Below, piece by piece: positions 57,029 through 64,000 of a stretch of 64,000 bases of DNA; the stretch's first letter is position 1; the number at the start of each line of letters is the position of its first letter. The notes under the pieces were generated by a model. That model was not told the DNA's origin. It worked only from the letters and a program-made list of their open reading frames with translations, and searched no databases. A program made the position numbers and the translations under genes. Source of the stretch: the human T2T-CHM13v2.0 reference genome, Homo sapiens. The stretch is from assembly GCF_009914755.1 (NCBI RefSeq), contig NC_060925.1. The stretch is one strand, 5' to 3'.

Positions 57029-59856
57029 AAGACTACTGGAGAAACAGTTTTACATGTAAGGTGTATAAGGAAAGTAGAATATGTTTTTGGTAAGATTATA
57101 AGAAGGCATGAAAAATGTGGTTTTTGCCTAGTGCACAGGCTTAAAGGATTGTTTTAAGTGAGATAGGATAAAGCTAAAGATTTGAGCAAGCTGTGGAAGG
57201 TTTGTGAAAGATTAATCTTGTAAAAAATTCTGTGTGTGAACATACTGGCTAAAGTTAAAGGGGTGTTATTCAGTTTTTCCATAAATTGAACATTGGAATA
57301 AAACCACAACAGGGGTTTCCTTGGAGTAGTGATCTGCTCTTTAACCCCAATAAACTAAAAAATTTTAAGTTTATGTAATCTTACCTTATGATCAAACTGA
57401 TTAAGACTAGATAGATTTGTCTGTAAGGTTTTATTAAGAATTGGATTTGACATTAATAGCAGTATATTAATGTAAATCTGGCCTTCTCTCTTGAACAAGA
57501 TTTTCATGTAACAATAAAAGATGATGAAAGATTTTTGTTTGCCTTTTGAATAAACTACAGGTAAAGAAAGAAGAGAAAAGAGACAACATGAGTAAAGCGT
57601 TTCACCTTTTCAGAATCTTTGAGTTATCATTTTGGCTAAATAAATGACTTATGGTGATCTGGGATTCTCTTTTATAATATCAAGTGTTTGAAGCCTTTGA
57701 TATTTGACAAACTTTCCAAAATCAAATTCAAATTAAGTCTTTTTCTGACCTGATTAATCCTTTTTGATATTAGGCCCCCTAATTCCAAAAATGACATATT
57801 TGGCTTATTTGGTATATTGAAATAATAAGGAAGCATTGTCAAATATAAAACACTGTTTGACTTTCTTTGGGCTGTATTTGTATAAATGTGTTATTGGTAT
57901 GTGTTCCAAAATTATGCAAAACTCCTGTAATTCTAATATGGATTTAGTGTACATTATCAGCAACAATTATAATTGTTACGTTAAATTATCATGTGCAACA
58001 GAGATAATAAAATTTCCTTGTCAATTGTGTCTTTGACTGTGGCTGTCCTAAGACTTTTTGTCATCCACAGGCAACTGTTGTCTTGTTTTGATCATCTTTA
58101 AAGGGCAGTTTATAATCAGCTAGAGGACTTTGATGAATACTCTTTAATGTAGGTCTCCAATAACTTTGGAAAGGGTGAGAAGGGTGCCATTAAAATAGAG
58201 AGGAAAAAAAAATTCCAGATCTCCCTTGGACAACTCATCTGTTCATAAATATTAAGCAAAAGAGAAATTGCCTAGGCTAATAAAAGACTGAAATAATCTT
58301 TTGATGACTTTTTGCCTAAATTGTTGGTGATACTTTCTGTTTTGTTTTTCAGTCAAGAAAACTTTTCTTTTGAGCTATTATAGCTTTTAACAATTGAGTA
58401 AAGTATACTCCTATAAACAAAATTTGGGGCATATTTCTTTCTCTCTGCCTGATTTCTCTAAAATTTAAAAACTATTTGTGAGTATTCTTAACTTATGAAA
58501 ATATAGTTATTTGGACAAGTGCAATAAGAATCTATATTCTTTTGTAACAGGACAAAATTGGAGGAGACACTGGTTATTTTACCAAGGCTTTGACTGGAAT
58601 TGCTTGATTTCAAATATAAGCAGACTGCTTTAAGGAATCAAAGTTGACTTACAGAACCAATAAAAGACCCTTGGGCTGAGCTCAAAGCTTAAAAAGTTTA
58701 ATCTAAGATTCTTGATGGAACTTCGTTCCATCAAAGCCAATTTTAAAAAGCGCCTATATGGCAAATAATTATTCTTGCTGCACTTTATAATCAGTCCAAG
58801 TTTAATAAGACCAAAACTTATTTTGCAAACTAACTGGTCATATCATGATTTGTCTGTGGTAAAAATGAGAGACTAGAGAGAGGAAAATTATGTTTCAAAA
58901 ACTATGTTATACCTAGTATTAGATTCTACTCTCGTCTGTTGTTTTTGAGGGTTTTTGTTTTGTTTTTGTTTTCTGTCAATTTAGACTGCTTATTCCTGTG
59001 AACCAACCAGTGATCTCTGGCTGCTGCTCAGAGGAAACAAGAGGGATAAGTAGCATAAAATATTTAGATCAGTATTGTAATTCTGGATACATACTGGAAT
59101 TGCCTGGTGATCCCACGTCAGCTTGGTTCCAACAATTTCCCAGTTCATGAAAAGCCTTCTTATTCAGTTTACTTGGGAAGATTTTACTTATTTTGCTTCA
59201 CTGTTGTGGACTATATTGCTGTCGTACTCTTTGTACAGGAATGCAGGATAAGCTTATTCAGTGTTTTCTTAAATTGAACACTTATTTGTCTTCCAGATTT
59301 CACCTTTTGTTGGGATTCAAAGTTATGAATGGCCCTCACCATACTGATACTTTCTGACTGAGCTACTCTCTATCCTGAATACAAGAGACCCTAACATTAG
59401 GTAGGAATATCACTGCTCCTACTTCGCCTGAAGAACTTACAGAAGATAGATCTTCATCCTTCTACAACTCTTAGGATTAAGGATCCCCTTGTAAAAGAAA
59501 AGGGGGAAATATGTCAGAGGCTTTTGAACCAGAGCAACTCTATCTTGAATAGAAGCTGGGTAAAATGAGACTGAGACCTGCTGGACTGCATTTCCAGGAG
59601 CTTAGGCATTCTTAATCATAGGATATTTATGGTTAAGGGAGCAGGTTAATAATGTTTACTGAGCAAACCTAGGATTTAAGAGACCCAGGAAATATCCTGA
59701 TGTTCTTCCAATGTTGTAAGAACAAAAGCATTCTTAGTTTAAGTTTCACTTTAAAGCTAATATAGATTCTTGTGGAAGCCAGTAGTTACACAAAGATTAA
59801 CAATCCTTTGTCACAAGCCCTTGTAGATTTTTTTATCTTTGTTATCTTCTATATAA

Positions 59857-60262
<406 letters not shown>

Positions 60263-60278
60263 TAATAAACTTGCTTTC

Positions 60279-60600
<322 letters not shown>

Positions 60601-60689
60601 TTACTCAGTTGATTTGCCCCAAATTCTTTCTTCCACATGATCCGGGAACCCTCTCTTGGGGTCTGGATCAGGGTCCCTTTCCAGTAACA

Positions 60690-61461
60690 CTAATTCTTGG
60701 AATCTGTAAATATTACTTTTTATGGCAAAGGCTTTGCAGATACGATTTAGTTAGAGATCTTGAGGTTGGGACATTATTCTGGACTATTTGAGTGGGCCCT
60801 AAACGCAGTCACAAGTATACTTATAAGAGGAAGACAAAGCCAGGCGCGTTGGCTCACGCCTGTAATCCCAGCACTTTGGGAGGCTGAGGCAGGCGGATCA
60901 CGAGGTGAGGAGATTGAGACCATCCTGGTTAACACGGTGAACCCCTGTCTCTACTAAAAATACAAAAAACTAGCCGGGTATGGTGGCAGGTGCCTGTAGT
61001 CCCAGCTACTGGGTAGGCTGAGGCAGGAGAATGGCATGAACCCCGGAGGCGGAGCTTTCAGCAGTGAGCTGAAATCGCGCCACCGCATTCCAGCCTGGGT
61101 GACAGAGCGACACTCCGTCTCAAAAAAAAAAATAAAAATAAAAAAAAGGAAGACAGACGGAAATTAGAAAGCCAGAAGAGGAGAAAACACATGCACAGAT
61201 AAGAAGGTGCTGTAAAGATGAAGGCAGAGATTGAAGCGACCCGCAGTCACAAGCCAAGGAATTCTAGCTGCTACCAGAAGCTGGAAGAGGCAAGGAATGT
61301 TTTCTGTCCCAGAGCCTCCAGAGGGAGGAGGACCGTGCTTTTGGCCCAATTATATGGATTTCAGATTTCTGGCCTTCAGAACTTTGAAAGAATAGATTTC
61401 CATAGTTTTAATCCGTCTAATTTGTGGTAAGTTCTTAGAGCAGCCACAGAAAACGAATAGA
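60690..61461 (+). mobile_element. MLT1D-like LTR; its start lies at about 53318-53372, on the other side of the provirus
   Basis: CCCAAAGATATTTAAGTCCTAA|TTCTTGGAATCTGTAAATATT is continuous MLT1-like sequence across the ERV. Confidence 0.8.
60838..61147 (+). mobile_element. AluY
   Basis: AACACGGTGAA and AATGGCATGAACC diagnostics; TSD AGGAAGACA. Confidence 0.92.
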
Positions 61462-62390
61462 AGCTTTCATTTTCCATGCTAACTCTGACCAATCACTACT
61501 GGTTGCCTGTATCAAAAAGGAATTTTAAATAGTGTCCAGGTCTGCCACAGGACAAGGCATTAGGAGTAGGAACACACACGTCATATGTTTATTAATCTCT
61601 TCCAGGGTAAATAGTGAAAATAAGTTAATGATAGCAAACCTATCTTTATACATATATTTGGTTCTACTAGCTAAAAAATAATATTTAAAATGCTTTTTGG
61701 TCTCATCTCTATTAATTCCCTGCCATGCACCAGCCATACAGATTTTCTATATATTACTCTAAAAATAATTTTCACATGGCATCCTCTGAGTCCTTGCTCA
61801 TGCTTCCTGTCTAGAATATCCTCTTTTGTATCTAAAGAAAACTATTGTGAAACTGTTTTGACCTCCTGCCCTGACTCCATGATCAATAGAGTTGGTACCT
61901 TCCTTATATTTCCCATATATTTAGAACTATGGGGCATAGAAGTATTAGCCTCTGTAATAACTCTGATCATATTCTGTTGAAATTATCTGATTTGCATCTG
62001 TTTTCCACCAGAACATGAGTTCCATTGCTGTATTCAGAACCTACTTCACTACTCAGTACACAGAAAGAACTAAATTATGGGACTTTTGACAAGCAATTAC
62101 CCTCTACCAGGTTCTTTCCTCCCTTGTTCTCCTCCTTCTCTCATCTCCTTTTCCAAATTAGTTCCTCCTACCCATGCTTGAGATCTCAGTTCAAATATTC
62201 ACCTTCTCAAGTGCCCCCTCCCTGAAGCAGCTTCCTCCTTCCAAGAGGGAACATGCTCCTTATATATATTTGTTGACACTATGTACCTCTTCTTTGTAGC
62301 ACTTAACAGAATTCGAAATCCTAAATTTATTTGTGTACTTTTTGGATAAATTTCTTTGCCCCCTCTAGACTGGTAACTCATTAAGGGCAG

Positions 62391-62779
62391 TGTTATGGGC
62401 TGAATTATATCCCCCAAAATTCATATAATAAAGTCCTAATCCCCAGTATCTCAGAACGTGGCTATATTTAGAAATAGGGCCTTAAAGAGGTAATTAAAAT
62501 AAAATAAGGTCATATAGATGGGCCTTAGTCCAATATGACTGGTGTTCTTATAAGAAAATATTAGGACACAGATACGCATGTGCACAGAGAAAAGACCACA
62601 TGAAGACTGGGAGAAGACAGCTATCTACAAGCCAGGGAGGAGGCCTCAGAAAATATCAACCCTGCTGACACATTGGTCTCAAGATTTCTAGCCTCCAGAA
62701 TGGTGAGAAAATAAACTTCCATCATTTATGCCACCCTGTCTGTAATATTTTGTTATAGCAGCTCTAGCAAAGTAATACA
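62391..62779 (+). mobile_element. MLT1A/B-like LTR inside an L2
   Basis: TGTTATGGGCTGAATT...AAGTAATACA; TSD GGCAG/GACAG. Confidence 0.85.
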
Positions 62780-62868
62780 GACAGGAAACATATTTGTTTT
62801 GTTTACTGATATATGTCCACTCTGTGTCACAGTGTTTGGCAATACTTAGATGGAAGTATTTCAATTAA

Positions 62869-63203
<335 letters not shown>

Positions 63204-63320
63204 CTGAATATTTGTTGAATAAATGAATGAAATGTTTGCTGAGTTAAATTTATTGAAAGAGGTGAGGTGGTTGTTTTTGTTTTAATTGTGGACAATTGAA
63301 GGTATCACAAACAACTGAAC

Positions 63321-63899
63321 TTTTATTAGTTTTGGGGGAACAAGAGGTGTTTGGTTACATGAATGTTCTTTAATGGTGATTTCTGAGATTTTGATGCACC
63401 CATCACCCGAGCAGTGTACACTGCACCCAATGTGTAGTCTTTTATCATTCATCCCCCTCCTAACCTTCCCCCCAACTCCCCAGAGTCCATTATATCATTC
63501 TTATACCTTTGTGTTCTCAATAGGACCAGGACAGGACTCTTCCTGCTGCTTCTTCTACTTTTATATTTCACTCAACTCTCTAAATTTATTTCAGCTTTAG
63601 GTAAGGGTAAATCCTTCTCCCATTATCTGGATTTTCAGGTTCCCCAGTAAGGATGTCTGTTCAAAGGTAGACTTTCCCCCTCTCACACTTTGGGCACTCA
63701 CAGTTTTTTGGCTGTCTCATGGAGTTTGTAACAGCAAGCCGCTTCTTTCAAAGGGTCTGTGAATTCTTTCAGTTTTCCTAGTATGTTCCTGCAGTGGTTC
63801 TTGGAGCAAAAGTTCACAATGTGAGTCTTCACATGCTGTTCTGTCCATCTAAGTGGGTGCTGCAAGTTCATCCTGCCTGCTATCCACCATTTTTCCCCC
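63321..63899 (-). mobile_element. L1PB-like mini-element: 5' end (about 63531-63899) joined to 3' end (63321-63523)
   Basis: Minus strand begins GGGGGAAAAATGGTGGATAGCAGGCAGGA (L1PBa-type 5' end) and ends with an L1PB 3'UTR; candidate TSD AACAACTGA. Confidence 0.75.
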
Positions 63900-64000
63900 G
63901 AATTTTACAATGAACAACTGAGTGGGGTAAACAGTGGCTTAGGACAATGACTTTAGTAACTTAGAACCCAGGTTTTGGCAAGTTCTGCTTCTACCAGTGG

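Noticed and set aside
53947-59511. gag/pol/env coding potential and primer-binding site
   Set aside because: Only short ORFs with no retroviral motifs; the sequence after the 5' LTR is too degenerate to assign a tRNA.

Overview
Human genomic DNA: it is dense in Alu, L1, L2, MIR and LTR elements and carries a consensus-perfect AluYa5. It looks like AT-rich intronic or intergenic sequence made mostly of transposable-element remnants. I recognise no host protein-coding exon, RNA gene or CRISPR array. The only ORF with a real product is the C-terminal 281 aa of L1 ORF2p at the left edge; the other ORFs are L1 fragments or chance frames in Alu/LTR sequence. Main landmarks: a young L1PA2-like 3' end (1-1075), solo LTRs of MER52 (4412-6148) and LTR8 (13976-14763) type, a composite L1 insertion inside one TSD (25573-28344), an orphan L1 5'UTR (43464-44754), a two-LTR MER41-family provirus (53373-60689), an AluYa5 (62891-63203) and an internally deleted mini-L1 (63321-63899). 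I cannot support a new biological system. The best leads are retrotransposition-mechanism fossils (a probable two-template L1 chimera, a 5'+3' mini-L1, a templated insertion) and a few candidate regulatory motifs. Subfamily names come from my recall of consensus sequences and need RepeatMasker/Dfam confirmation; many small MIR/L2/L1M fragments are not listed.
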